Below, piece after piece: positions 28,690-40,537 of a DNA stretch of 64,000 nt. The stretch is taken from contig OZ024740.1 of assembly GCA_964016885.1 (NCBI GenBank), positions 191,890,001-191,954,000 on the forward strand, given 5' to 3'. Source of the DNA: Eledone cirrhosa (taxonomy: Eukaryota). The position numbers and the translations under genes are program-made. How positions within the stretch are numbered: position 1 is the first letter of the stretch; every line of letters begins with the position of its first letter. The notes below the pieces were generated by a model. It saw only the letters and a list, made by a program, of their open reading frames with translations, was not told the DNA's origin and made no database searches.

Positions 28690-29596
28690 CGTGTGTGTGT
28701 GTGTGTATGCGTGGGTATGTGTGTGTGTATTTATCTAAAGTTACGCATGTGTACTTGTGTGTATATATATATAGTTAAGTATATGTGCGTGCGTTCGTGT
28801 ATGTGCACATATGTATATATATGTGTATATGTGTGTACGCACATATATATATGTATATTTGTGTGGTGTTAGTTTCTATTATATCTATAGTATAATAATC
28901 CACTTTTCTGTTTAATTTGATCTCCTTATCGGCGCTATCGTAGTCAGCATTGTCACTTTTCCATTATTTTATTTTCTACTGTTTCATATTTTACATCTTA
29001 ACTCCCACACTCCTTACTTTTCAACAGCAATGCCTACTTTATCTCACTAATGATGACTTCAAACACTCGGCCAATCGATGCCAGGCAGACGCGCATCGAT
29101 TTGACCGGGATTGTGAGAATAGCCGCTAATTTATAAAGGGACCCCGCCGTTATCTCTGCGAAAATAAACCACAGATCAAATACGGTGGAATGCCACTATG
29201 ATAGAATGTGTGCTAACTTTAAGAAGGATTTGGGAAACACTCCTCCATTCTCAGACGCGAGCCTATACATTTAAACATATCCGAGGAACTTCCGATTCCA
29301 GAGTCATTTTCGATCGTTAATATATCGTTCCTCGAGCTGATCGACAGTGAAACGTATATCATATGTAATTATAATATATATGTCATGCAACACTGATTCT
29401 TTGTTCCGTTATATATATATATATATGTGTGTGTATGTGTGTGTATGTGGGGGGGGGGAGTATGTGTATGTGTGTGTATATGTATGTGTGTGTGTGCTTA
29501 AGTGTGTGTGAGTGCGTGTGTGCTTATGCCGTATTTGCCTAATGGAGTTAGTCTGATAAGTGGGTATTCTTAAAACCCTCTGACCGGAAATAAATC

Positions 29597-29697
<101 letters not shown>

Positions 29698-29883
29698 CAT
29701 ATATATATATCTTCCTCTTTCTCTATTTCTCTCTTCCTCTCCAAAGATTATATGATTCATTGATTAATCAATGAATATAGATTTACAATAGATTAAAAGC
29801 CCTCTACGAAAAAGGTTTTCTGGAGTTAGTAATATCATTCAAAATATTAATACATGTATACGTTCACATAATCAAAATATATG

Positions 29884-29945
29884 TTTTATTATATATATTT
29901 CGGAGGTACTGTGCTGTTTTTTCAGTACGCCCTCATCAGATAAAA
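29884..29945 (-). ncRNA. Minimal type I HHR in inverted 5' pseudo-LTR
   Basis: TTTTAT CTGATGA GGGC GTACTG..CAGTAC CTCC GAAA TATATA TA ATAAAA. Confidence 0.8.
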
Positions 29946-30064
29946 TATATGAATTGATGCATGACATACCTGCAGTTTCCCTATAACCATTAATATCATG
30001 TGAAATATACATTATTAATCCATTTGGCTAAAAAGAAAATGATATACGAATTATCTATTAATAA

Positions 30065-32563
30065 ATGATGGAATTCTTTAGGTTTCCTACATCACTCAAA
30101 GATATACATTTACCATCTAAAGAAGAATACACGAAAACACTTATTGGACAAACTAACTCCTTCATAAGTAGAGTGCGGTGGCGGGGTTTTCATTTTGAAA
30201 AGAAGAAAGAAAGAAATAGTAAAACAACCAACCATAATTTCGAGAACATCTTTAAATCCAGGAAAAAATCTTCCGTACAAAAACTCTTGGAAAATTCCGA
30301 AAATGAAATTCTTAATATATTAAGGAATATAAAATTTAAGAAAAACCAATATAAAGGCCAAGAATACCTTAGAAATCAGAAAGAAATAATTATTGATATA
30401 AAAAAAAGTAAATAAAATATTAGTAAAATCAGACAAAATCAACAACTTATATGGGATAGAGAGAACAAAATATAAGCACTTAATTTTAAAAGAATTGAGA
30501 AAAAAATTACAGAATAGCCCCGAATGAAGATCTAGTGGTTATCGATAATGGTGCTTTTGAAATAATCACGAACCTTTCATACCAAGGCAACCGCGAATAC
30601 ATTTTAAAGACCATAAAGGACATTTCGAAGTGGACTTACCTGTTAGACTTATCGAACCTTCGAAATCAGACCTTGGAATAATTAGTAAAAACATAATAGA
30701 TAGGATTTTGCCAACGCTAAAATTGAGGTCAAGGTTTAACTTATGGAAGGGCACCAGTGAAGTCATAGATTGCTTCAATAACATCGAATATAAGAAAAAT
30801 CATAAATTCATTCAAACGGACATAGCGAGTTATTGCTCCCCAATAACTCCTAACCTTTTGAACAAGGCACTTCCATACGCATATAAACACACTGATCTAT
30901 CCATTGATGAGATTAATATTATTTTAACGGCAAGGCGAAACTTGATTGATTTTAATGATTGTTTCTACTTTAGGCACAAGGCCAGCAATTACCCAGTGCA
31001 TTACTGGTACTTTATTTTATCGACCCCGTAAGGATGAAAGGCAAAGTCAACCTCGGCGGGATTTGAACTCAGATCGTAAAGGGACGTAACTATGCTGGAA
31101 AGCATGGCGTCCGACCCTCCACCGATACTGCCAATCCACCGAATGACTTCTGAACTCGTTCGGATAGGCAGAACAAAATCGATATTACTATGGGTTCGTC
31201 CGATTCTGCGGAAGTGGGAATTTACATCCTTAATATGATAAAAAGAAAACTGTCGGAGGTTACCGGTGGTTTATATAGAGATGACATATTATTAACTGTA
31301 GTTAGACATAATAATTGCGAACTAAATAGAGTAAAGAAACTAAAATTACGACATGAAATTAGAAGTATAAATTAACAGTAAAATAGTTGACTTTTTAGAC
31401 GTAACCCTTAATTTAAATTCAGGCCGTTATTACCCATTCCAGAAACTCAATAAAAATCTAAATTATGTTAACGTTTACTCTAATCATCCTAAAAGTATAA
31501 CAATGTAATAATCAATAGTGTCCAACAACGAATATCCAGACTTTCTGCAAACAGATCCATTTTTAATAGTAAAGCTGGATATTACAGTGAAGGGTTACAT
31601 AAAAAAGGATATAAAAATAATATTGAATATGTAGGAAAAAAAATTAATTATAAACACTATATTCATGATAATAATAATAAAAATAAAACTAACTGTAAAA
31701 ATAACATCTTAGAGAATCAATCGGGGAAACAAACTAAGACTAAATCTATAATTTGGTACGCCCCACCTGCATCTTTAGCTATTAATACACCTTCAGCGCA
31801 TTTATTTTTTAAAGCCTTAGATAAATGTTTCCTTAGATCACATATGTATTACCCTATCTTCAAAAGACACGCAGTTAAACTCTCTTATTCAACAACTATG
31901 AATATTTCTCAAAATATTGCGAAAATTAATAGCAACATTCTTAACTTGAACCAGCATATAATTAGCGATAATAATAAAAATATTAATAATAATAATAATA
32001 CAGTAGCTAATGTGAATAGCAATAACAATAGTTTAAATACGTATAATAGTAGAACAACTAGAAATAATAACAATGATAATACAAATACATTAGGTTATAG
32101 AAATATCACGGAATTGAACTGTAAATGTAGAAGAAAATCTGAATGCCCGTTACAACACAGCCGTGATCAGAATTTAGTATATAATGTACCATTAAGACAA
32201 ATAATAATAATACTTATAACTACATTGGTGCCACTTCATCGAACTTTAAGTTTCGCTTTTCCAATCATAAACAGTCTTTCTCAAATCCAGATGACAAACA
32301 TTCTACTACATTATCACAATTAATATGGTCTTTAAAGAGAAAAATATTAAATACTCAATTTCTTGGTGTAAACTTAGAAACTCTGAGTCCTATCGGAATG
32401 CTTCCATCTCAGCAAATTACAATCTTTTCAATTTTGAAACTATATTAATAATTACCAATTATGGTAATTTAATTAACAAATAAAATGCGAATTATTTGCA
32501 AATTGCCTCCATAAATCTAGGAAAACATTTCAAGCAACATACAAATTTAGAAAAAAATACTGA
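30065..32563 (+). pseudogene. Full-length but disrupted Hydra-type PLE ORF (RT + GIY-YIG)
   Basis: MEFF..SLKDI.LP, RVRWR, RLIEPSKSDLG, MGSSDSA, GGLYRDD, KLSYSTT, CKCRRKSECPL; many frameshifts; paralog of 45974-48187. Confidence 0.92.
30959..31141 (-). mobile_element. tRNA-derived SINE, family A, inserted in PLE RT
   Basis: Nearly identical to the reverse complement of 27854-28040; short aatga duplication. Confidence 0.93.
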
Positions 32564-33729
32564 CTAAAAGGAGAAAAAAATATGGACTACTATTATTATT
32601 ATTAATAATTCTTGAATTATTGTTATTATATATACAATGTTTTGCCTTGCCTTAAAATTGTATATCGGGTTTTTATATAGTAAATTAATCTCATGAGGTG
32701 ATTGGAAGAATGAAATTTAGAGGACTACATAAAATCGCCGATAAAAGAAAATATAAGTTGAAAGTCAGACAGGTCAGAGAGATAATGATATGAAGAGTCT
32801 CCTCTAGTATGGAAAGCAAAAGTCCTGGGCCGACGAAAATGACCATTGGGAGCAATTTAAATCATCCAAAATCACAGCCGGTCTGAGATCTGAAGACCTT
32901 AACATTCTTGTATGTGTGAATCTTTCTCGTTCATTTACTTCCTTTAATCTTTCTTTGTGTCATCTGAGGCAATTGTTACCTGACGCTATCATTCACGGAA
33001 TTTTCCTATATTAATAGCTATTCTTGCGTTGCATTTTCTCACTATTCTATGAATTTTAATAGTCTCGCTCCATCTCACTCTTCGAGAAAACGTCTATATT
33101 TTTATCATCGCTATATGAGGTTTTTCTTTTCGACGGATACCATTGCTTGAGGGTTCTTGGTTATTTTTCTTTTTTTTCTTCTTTTCCGTACGTTTTCTCT
33201 CTCCGCCATTCCCTTCTCGTTCTAGCTGCTTCTTGCCTTTTCCTCTTATACAATCCTTTATACCTATTTCCAATGTTATCTTCCCCTTCTTCCTACCCAC
33301 TTCTTTTGTTTGTCATTTTCCCCGCACCAAGACTTTTCTTGTCAATTCTAGCAGCGATGCGTTGCCGAAAAAAATCAATTTACTTATCTCTTTCTGATCT
33401 GTCTATCTAATTGGATTGTTTTATAATGCACACATCATACCAACATAAATATATTTTTTCTGTTTTTCGAGCTTGTAATGTGATGCAGTCCTCTCAATTG
33501 AAATAGTGCGAAAGGACTGTAGGTCTGAGAGTTGAACAGGTTAAAATGTGTGTGATCCTGTAGAATTCATTTTTTTTTTGTCCCATTCTTCCTATACACT
33601 TCTGCGAGCCGACACATTTCTAAGAACTGATTTCCTTTTTTTTGTGTGGTTTAGTTAATTCTTACCCGACGCTCACATGGATGACAGTTTGCTGTTTTGA
33701 CAGCTATTCTTGGGTTGAGTTTCCCATAT

Positions 33730-33865
<136 letters not shown>

Positions 33866-33984
33866 CTCTCAATCTAACTGTCGTCTGTTCTACAGCGTAG
33901 ATGTAATTCACTTCGCGCAGAAGATTTGTTCAAATTTATTGCGGAAATTTTGTAGGTTCAATTTTAATTTTGATACTATTGTGT

Positions 33985-36205
33985 AGCTTGACCCCCCGTC
34001 TGAACTGTCAGGCGGTGGGTCAGCTCATCTTTACCCCTCCTAGGGGTGAACAACCTGTTTTTAAAAATGTTGTGGCAAAAAAATTTCAATCGTCTGACAG
34101 AAATGTTAAACGAAGCTAACGAAAATAGTGGTGGGGGACAGCGGTAAGAGTTGTAAGCTCGCAAGCTTTAGTCCCCCTTTCCTTCCCAACTAACGTCATA
34201 GAGAAGGAAAAAATAAAATAAAAACAGACAAATCTGCGGAGAAAAATGACGAAAACACAAATCTGGACTTGGATACCAACACCGGAAAAAAAAATTTGAA
34301 AAATTGCATGACAATATTAACACCACAGACAAAGACACGACAAACACAAAAATAACATTTGAAAACAACATCATAACAGAAAGCAAAGCAGACGACAAAG
34401 TCAACACCAATAATATTTCATTTGCACAAACAACAAAGAAATCTTTGACATGTATACATGACAATATTTCAGATGTGGCACAAAGTATAGCAGACGCCAA
34501 ACAATATATAACTGAAGGAGAGAATGGTATTTTATCGGTAAAACTGCCTCAAGAACTCACCAAAGACATTGAAAGTCGAACGGGGGTTTTCCGCACCATC
34601 AACAACACTTCAAAAAAACCTGAACAGCCAACTCAAACAGAAATCAAAACAGTACTTACAGAAGTACTTAATGAAACTACGTTCATAAGAAAAGACAGAC
34701 TGTATGGAAGCCTAGCGATTATTATGAAGAACGAATCGGCGGCAAAAAAATGTGCTTTGTCACCGATTCCTTCAAAAAATTTTACTTTTTATCCATCTTA
34801 TATGGGTAAAATAACTCAACGCATATGGCTGGATGCAATGATGCCAGATGTGGACTACTGCTGGCTCATAGCTGGCTTCATCGATCCAGTGAATGACAAC
34901 GTGATTTCCATTGGGAAAACCACAGGCAATGCGTTCAGTGGAACAGGTATAGAACTTGTAGTGCAAATGAAGCCTGAACGCATCGCCCAAATACCCGACA
35001 GAATCCAATTAGAGGGCCACGGGTATATAAACATTAGCGTGGAGGGGAGAAGGCCGTCCTGTCATATCTGTGCAGGTAGAGGGCACCTGAAGGCCGCTTG
35101 TCCCCAACTCAACAAAAAGAAAACCCTGCTACCAATACCAGCTCCACCACCACCACCACAACAGATAAACAAACAACAAAACTCAGTCCCACCCAACCCG
35201 TCCCTCAGTAAAACTACACCACCACCACAACACAAACAGTCACAACACATTACCCCAAAACAAAATACAGGCCCACCCAACCCCTCACTCAATAAAACAA
35301 CACAACCACCGCAAACACAACACACAACACAGTCTAACATAGTGACATCCATCTCCCCCACAAAGAAAACCAACACGGAAACATTACCAGGAAACATACC
35401 TCTTCCCTCCAACACTGAAGATAACCCAACGAATTCGGAGGAAGAAACGGAGTCCTTCAGACAGATTAAAAGGAAAAAAAGAAAACATGTGCAAAACACA
35501 CAAGGCCAAACAACCCCCACCCAAATGTTAACACAATCCAACAAAACACAAAACACCCCTCCAGCAACAAACAAAACCAAACCTGCACCTCCCCTCTTCG
35601 AAACACTCACACCATCCGAAAAAACGACATTACACTATACTTACATCAACAGAAACAATAATAAATTAAATGAACTCATAAACAATAATCCTTCGGTACA
35701 AACGAAGGTGTAAACTTTGTTTCTTCAGAAAACTACCCACATTTAAAACTAATAAATATCCCAATGAACCTCTTCAAAAAACTAAAAAAGGATTTTAAGG
35801 AGGACGTAGGACCACCCTCTGTCAAACCCATAAACCGCGTCCTACTAAAAAGCTTCCCCCTCCCCTTCCCCTCCCCAACACAACTCCAAACACCCTAACC
35901 CCACCACACACTGACGACCCCACACCACCACAAGACACCCCTTCACCCAACACCCCCGACCCCATGGAAGTTGTGCGACCCGAACCCCGGGAAGCAGAAA
36001 GGTAGGTCTCTACACTCACCTTTGGCTCTGTCGCCACATGGATGTGTTAAGAGTAGGATGTTTGAATGCACGTGGCCTGGGCTCAACTTGGAAGCAGGCA
36101 AAGCTTCTAAATGACCTCAGGTCATGTGGTATAAATGTAATGGTTATCTGTGAGACTCGGATCAGCGTCGTGCGGCAGCTGGCCCCTACCTTCGATGACT
36201 TTGAG
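33985..36205 (+). mobile_element. 5' portion of L1/Tx1-like LINE (5' UTR, ORF1, start of ORF2)
   Basis: Gag-like ORF1 followed by APE endonuclease start; 5' boundary approximate. Confidence 0.75.
34304..35713 (+). CDS. LINE ORF1 gag-like protein with CCHC zinc knuckle
   Basis: VEGRRPSCHICAGRGHLKAACP (C-x2-C-x4-H-x4-C), Pro/Gln/Thr-rich tail; true start probably upstream. Confidence 0.8.
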   Translation: MHDNINTTDKDTTNTKITFENNIITESKADDKVNTNNISFAQTTKKSLTCIHDNISDVAQSIADAKQYITEGENGILSVKLPQELTKDIESRTGVFRTINNTSKKPEQPTQTEIKTVLTEVLNETTFIRKDRLYGSLAIIMKNESAAKKCALSPIPSKNFTFYPSYMGKITQRIWLDAMMPDVDYCWLIAGFIDPVNDNVISIGKTTGNAFSGTGIELVVQMKPERIAQIPDRIQLEGHGYINISVEGRRPSCHICAGRGHLKAACPQLNKKKTLLPIPAPPPPPQQINKQQNSVPPNPSLSKTTPPPQHKQSQHITPKQNTGPPNPSLNKTTQPPQTQHTTQSNIVTSISPTKKTNTETLPGNIPLPSNTEDNPTNSEEETESFRQIKRKKRKHVQNTQGQTTPTQMLTQSNKTQNTPPATNKTKPAPPLFETLTPSEKTTLHYTYINRNNNKLNELINNNPSVQTKV

Positions 36206-36208
36206 GTA
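36038..36208 (+). pseudogene. Truncated LINE ORF2 apurinic-endonuclease N-terminus
   Basis: LRVGCLNARGL...INVMVICETRI (N-x-x-G and ET motifs), cut off by the tandem array. Confidence 0.85.
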
Positions 36209-36295
36209 TGTAAACACACAGACAAACGGATTTTAGAGTCATACTGGTTTTCCGGGGGAACACCTTCCCCCTATTCTCCAGAAAGCCAGACAAGG

Positions 36296-36340
36296 AATAT
36301 TGAACTCGTTTCGTTGTTGTTACAACTCATCAGCAATATT
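36296..36340 (-). ncRNA. Minimal type I HHR, unit 1 (loop III CGAG, non-palindromic)
   Basis: AATATTG CTGATGA GTTGT AACA ACAAC GAAA CGAG TT CAATATT. Confidence 0.85.
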
Positions 36341-36763
36341 TACCTATCTACCGGCCTTTCTGGAGAATTGTAAAAGCACATATCGTTATATGCTTTTTCT
36401 ATGAAAATTAGTAGTGGGCAGACTAATTTGCATAGAGTGTGAGTACGTACCGGTTCAGCGGAGAGGATAAAAACAAATAACGAAACGAAATTAAATTTCG
36501 TTTCGTTTGTAACTCACTTTTGTATGACTGACGCTTAAACAATTAAGTTAAAAATGTACATCTACATATGCATACTGAAATACTAGTGTGTATATGAATA
36601 CACACACGTATACATATGTAGGTGTACGAAGTCTTTCACTGGTCGCTTTACAGTGAGCGGCCCAGCTATTCTGTATGTAAACACACAGAGAAACCGGTTT
36701 TTAGAGTCATACTGGTTTTTCGGGGGAACACCTTCCCCCTATTCTTCAGAAAGCCAGACAAGG

Positions 36764-36808
36764 AATATTGAACTAGTTTCGTTGTTGTTACAACTCATCA
36801 GCAATATT
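36764..36808 (-). ncRNA. Minimal type I HHR, unit 2 (intact)
   Basis: AATATTG CTGATGA GTTGT AACA ACAAC GAAA CTAG TT CAATATT. Confidence 0.9.
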
Positions 36809-37231
36809 TACCTATCTACCGGCCTTTCTGGAGAATTGTAAAAGCACATATCGTTATATGCTTTTTCTATGAAAATTAGTAGTGGGCAGACTAATTTTCA
36901 TAGAGTGTGAGTACGCACCGGTTCATGGGAGACGATAAAAACAAATAACGAAACGAAATTAAATTTCGTTTCGTTTGTAACTCACTTTTGTATGACTGAC
37001 GCTTAAAAAATTAAGTTAAAAATGTACATCTACATATGCATGCTGAAATACTAGTGTGTATATGAATACACACACGTATACATATGTAGGTGTACGAAGT
37101 CTTTCACTGGTCGCTTAACAGTGAGCGGCCCAGCTATTCTGTATGTAAACACACAGACAAACCGGTTTTTAGAGTCATACTGGTTTTTCGGGGGAACACC
37201 TTCCCCCTATTCTCCAGAAAGCCAGACAAGG

Positions 37232-37276
37232 AATATTGAACTAGTTTCGTTGTTGTTACAACTAATCAGCAATATT
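37232..37276 (-). ncRNA. Minimal type I HHR, unit 3 (G8U core mutation)
   Basis: Same motif but core reads CTGATTA. Confidence 0.8.
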
Positions 37277-37699
37277 TACCTATCTACCGGCCTTTCTGGA
37301 GAATTGTAAAAGCACATATCGTTATATGCTTTTTCTATGAAAATTAGTAGTGGGCAGACTAATTTGCATAGATTGTGAGTACGCACCGGTTCAGCGGAGA
37401 CGATAAAAACAAATAACGAAACGAAATTAAATTTCGTTTCGTTTGTAACTCACTTTTGTATGACTGACGCTTAAACAATTAAGTTAAAAATGTACATCTA
37501 CATATGCATACTGAAATACTAGTGTGTATATGAATACACACACGTAAACATATGTAGGCGTACGAAGTATTTCACTGGTCGCTTTACAGTGAGCGGCCCA
37601 GCTATTCTGTATGTAAACACACAGACAAACCGGTTTTTAGAGTCATACTGGTTTTTCGGGGGAACACCTTCCCCCTATTCTTCAGAAAGCCAGACAAGG

Positions 37700-37744
37700 A
37701 ATATTGAACTAGTTTCGTTGTTGTTACAACTCATCAGCAATATT
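37700..37744 (-). ncRNA. Minimal type I HHR, unit 4 (intact)
   Basis: Identical to the unit 2 motif. Confidence 0.9.
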
Positions 37745-38076
37745 TACCTATCTACCGGCCTTTCTGGAGAATTGTAAAAGCACATATCGTTATATGCTTT
37801 TTCTATGAAAATTAGTAGTGGGCAGACTAATTTGCATAGAGTGTGAGTACGCACCGGTTCAGCGGAGACGATAAAAACAAATAACGAAACGAAATTAAAT
37901 TTCGTTTCGTTTGTAACTCACTTTTGTATGACTGACGCTTGTATGATAACGAAACTACTTTCTACTAATGTATTTCGTAAATTTCGTAACTGTGGTTGCC
38001 CCCCACCACCTTCTAATTTTACTCGAGATATGCATATATATATGTGTACATATTTATATAGATATACATACATACA

Positions 38077-38112
<36 letters not shown>

Positions 38113-40348
38113 TATATATATCAGTGTGCATGTATGTATGTATGGAAGTACGTATATGTTTGAGAGTGTGCGCGTTTGTGTGAATATGTCTCTGTTTATT
38201 TACATAAGTATTTTTGCCAAGATTTGAAACTTTCCACAAGCATTAATAAACAGAATAAAGAAAGTGAAACCAACATATCCATTTTACTTTCATTTCAGAC
38301 ACTGAACATATTTATTCATATTTATTAAACCGATAAACTATATTTATGTACGATATTATATTTACTAGCATGAATCATATATCATTAGAATTATAATGTC
38401 GGAGTGTAAAATAGTAATAAATATATTTTTATTTAAAAAATTACGGGTCGAAGGACGAATAAGTGGAAGACATAAATCTTATTTTCTCATCTTTTCTAAA
38501 TTTGTTTTGAAATAAACGGAAATATTGTAAGATAATGTTATAGGTCTTGTAAGTAAATATGGCGTCCAGCTAAGGGTGTAGAGTCTGCTCCCTCCCTATT
38601 TGTATCAACAAGTTTTTCTTTCGTATTTTCTCAATTTTTGACATTCATAAATAAAATCTCTGTATATACTCATAACGAAATAATGACAATTGTCGAACAA
38701 ACGCAATGCATCCCTTTATCATAATGAAATATTTAATATATCAATATTTTTGCTATAACCGATTTGGGAATATCAGCGTTGTTCTCAGATAAAAACCCTC
38801 TCGGTTTCTTGTAGATGACTCAATATCGAATCCCAGCCAAAGAAACTAAATTCATGTTCATAAACATTAAGAAAATGCGAGTTAGCAATATGAATCACTG
38901 ACGGATGCTGCAAACTGATTTAGAATTTTCAAATTCTAGCAAGATCTATATCGACACAAACTGCACTGAACTATTTGTTTCGTAAGGAACACCTTCTAAC
39001 GAATGCCTCTTCCCATATTGGTAAATTAAGTGTGCATTCTATCTCAACGTAATTGATAGCATGCATCGTTGTATATGATTCTTCTTATTTTCCTGTAAAC
39101 CTTATGTTCTTAGGTGTTGTCCTAACTTTTACAAATACGGACACACATATGTCTTCTGAGCTCACTGTACGTCTAAACTTAGTGAATTGTCCTCAGGTAA
39201 CTTCGAAGCCCTTCCCTTCTCATATGATTGTAAGTGTGATGAAACTTTCCGACATATATAAGAATCTTTTGTATCTCAATAGCTCATTTCCATACACCCA
39301 TACAATCTCCGTATAGCTCCAGTAGATTTAAACCTGTGCTAACATTATTAAAAGTTAAAGTAACAAAAATATCTCGAGATTAGAAAAATTAATTAGCTAT
39401 CCAAAGTAATAAGTTGGTGACCGCTTAGAATGCAACACACTGTCAAAAACATACATGTCTGTGAAATGTATGAATCTTAAAGTAATACCGTCTTCTTACC
39501 GAAGCAAGAACGACTTGAGAGGTTATCAGTTACGGTGGTAACTCGGAGTACACTAGTGTCTGCAATCCAAGAAAATCGACACATTCATTCAAGCTGAAGC
39601 CGAAGAATTTAGAAAAGCCTCGGTAAGATTTCTCTTCCCAATTCAGTGTCATTTACTATTGTTTCTAAATTATTTCATCCCTCTATTAGCCTGAATATTT
39701 GACATCCTTTTAGCAATGGTGTTTTCCGACTCCTTTCGTAGAGTGACAAATTATGCCTACTTAAAGAGAAGTGTCAACACGTCTCAGGTTAATAAGAATA
39801 TGCATAACATTTTCAGAGTGCATGTTTTCAAATCACGTTACTATTTGACAGATGCTTCTAAACTTAATTAGATATCTCTTCTTTCCTCATGCAATTCTTT
39901 CAAAAGTCGTATTTATTTCTTCTTTCCTGTCAATACATCGCAATACACCTCCCATTTTTTTACAGCTCTAAAGTAGTAATTTAATTGTGTTTTTCTGGAT
40001 TTATTCTTCGTGCCATTATATTTGTTTTATTGTCAACATTTCATTACTGCTATTAATTTCTTTCAGATGTTGTCACCACTGTCATTGTTGTTTTTGCTCT
40101 CATTAAATTAGTCCTCGTTTTCTTCTTTCCGTATTCTCATTATTTTATTATTGACATAAATACTGGTGTTTTGTTAGCGTTGGAAATATTGCTATAGTTT
40201 ATGCAACCCCTCTGTATACACAACATATTCATATATACCTTCACCTTCTCTAAAGGGGGCTTTAGGAAACGTGAGAAATACATGTCTTCTTCTTCTTCTT
40301 CTTCTTCTTCTACGGTGAAGTAAGTTAAAATAAAAACCACAACAATAA

Positions 40349-40537
40349 TTGTTTCTACTTTTGGCACGAGGCCAGCAATTATCCCAGTGTATTACTGGTT
40401 CTTTATTTTATCGATCCCATAAGGATGAAAGGCAAAGTTAACCTCGGTGGGATTTGAACTCAGAATGGCAAGGGCCATAACTCTTTGCTGCAAAGCATGG
40501 CGTCAAACCCTCTACCGATACTGCCAATCCACCCCTC
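40349..40537 (-). mobile_element. tRNA-derived SINE, family A
   Basis: Full-length diverged copy. Confidence 0.9.

Larger units (their letters stand above)
36206..37940 (-). mobile_element. Tandem array of 468-bp HHR-containing units (candidate non-LTR retrozyme), ~3.7 copies
   Basis: Unit starts at 36206, 36673, 37141, 37609; near-identical; one minimal HHR per unit; many internal hairpins; no credible ORF. Confidence 0.88.

Noticed and set aside
36653-37777. Repeated 62-aa ORF in the 468-bp units
   Set aside because: GTG start, no recognisable domain, antisense to the HHR; a by-product of the repeat.
36206-37940. CRISPR array, rDNA/snRNA repeat, or a second plus-strand ribozyme
   Set aside because: No unique spacers, no recognisable 5S/snRNA sequence, and no second HHR or twister core found by eye.
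39530-39628. Possible host exon ending in gtaag (similar candidate at ~54555-54700, minus)
   Set aside because: Only splice-like motifs; no recognisable protein similarity or supporting exons.
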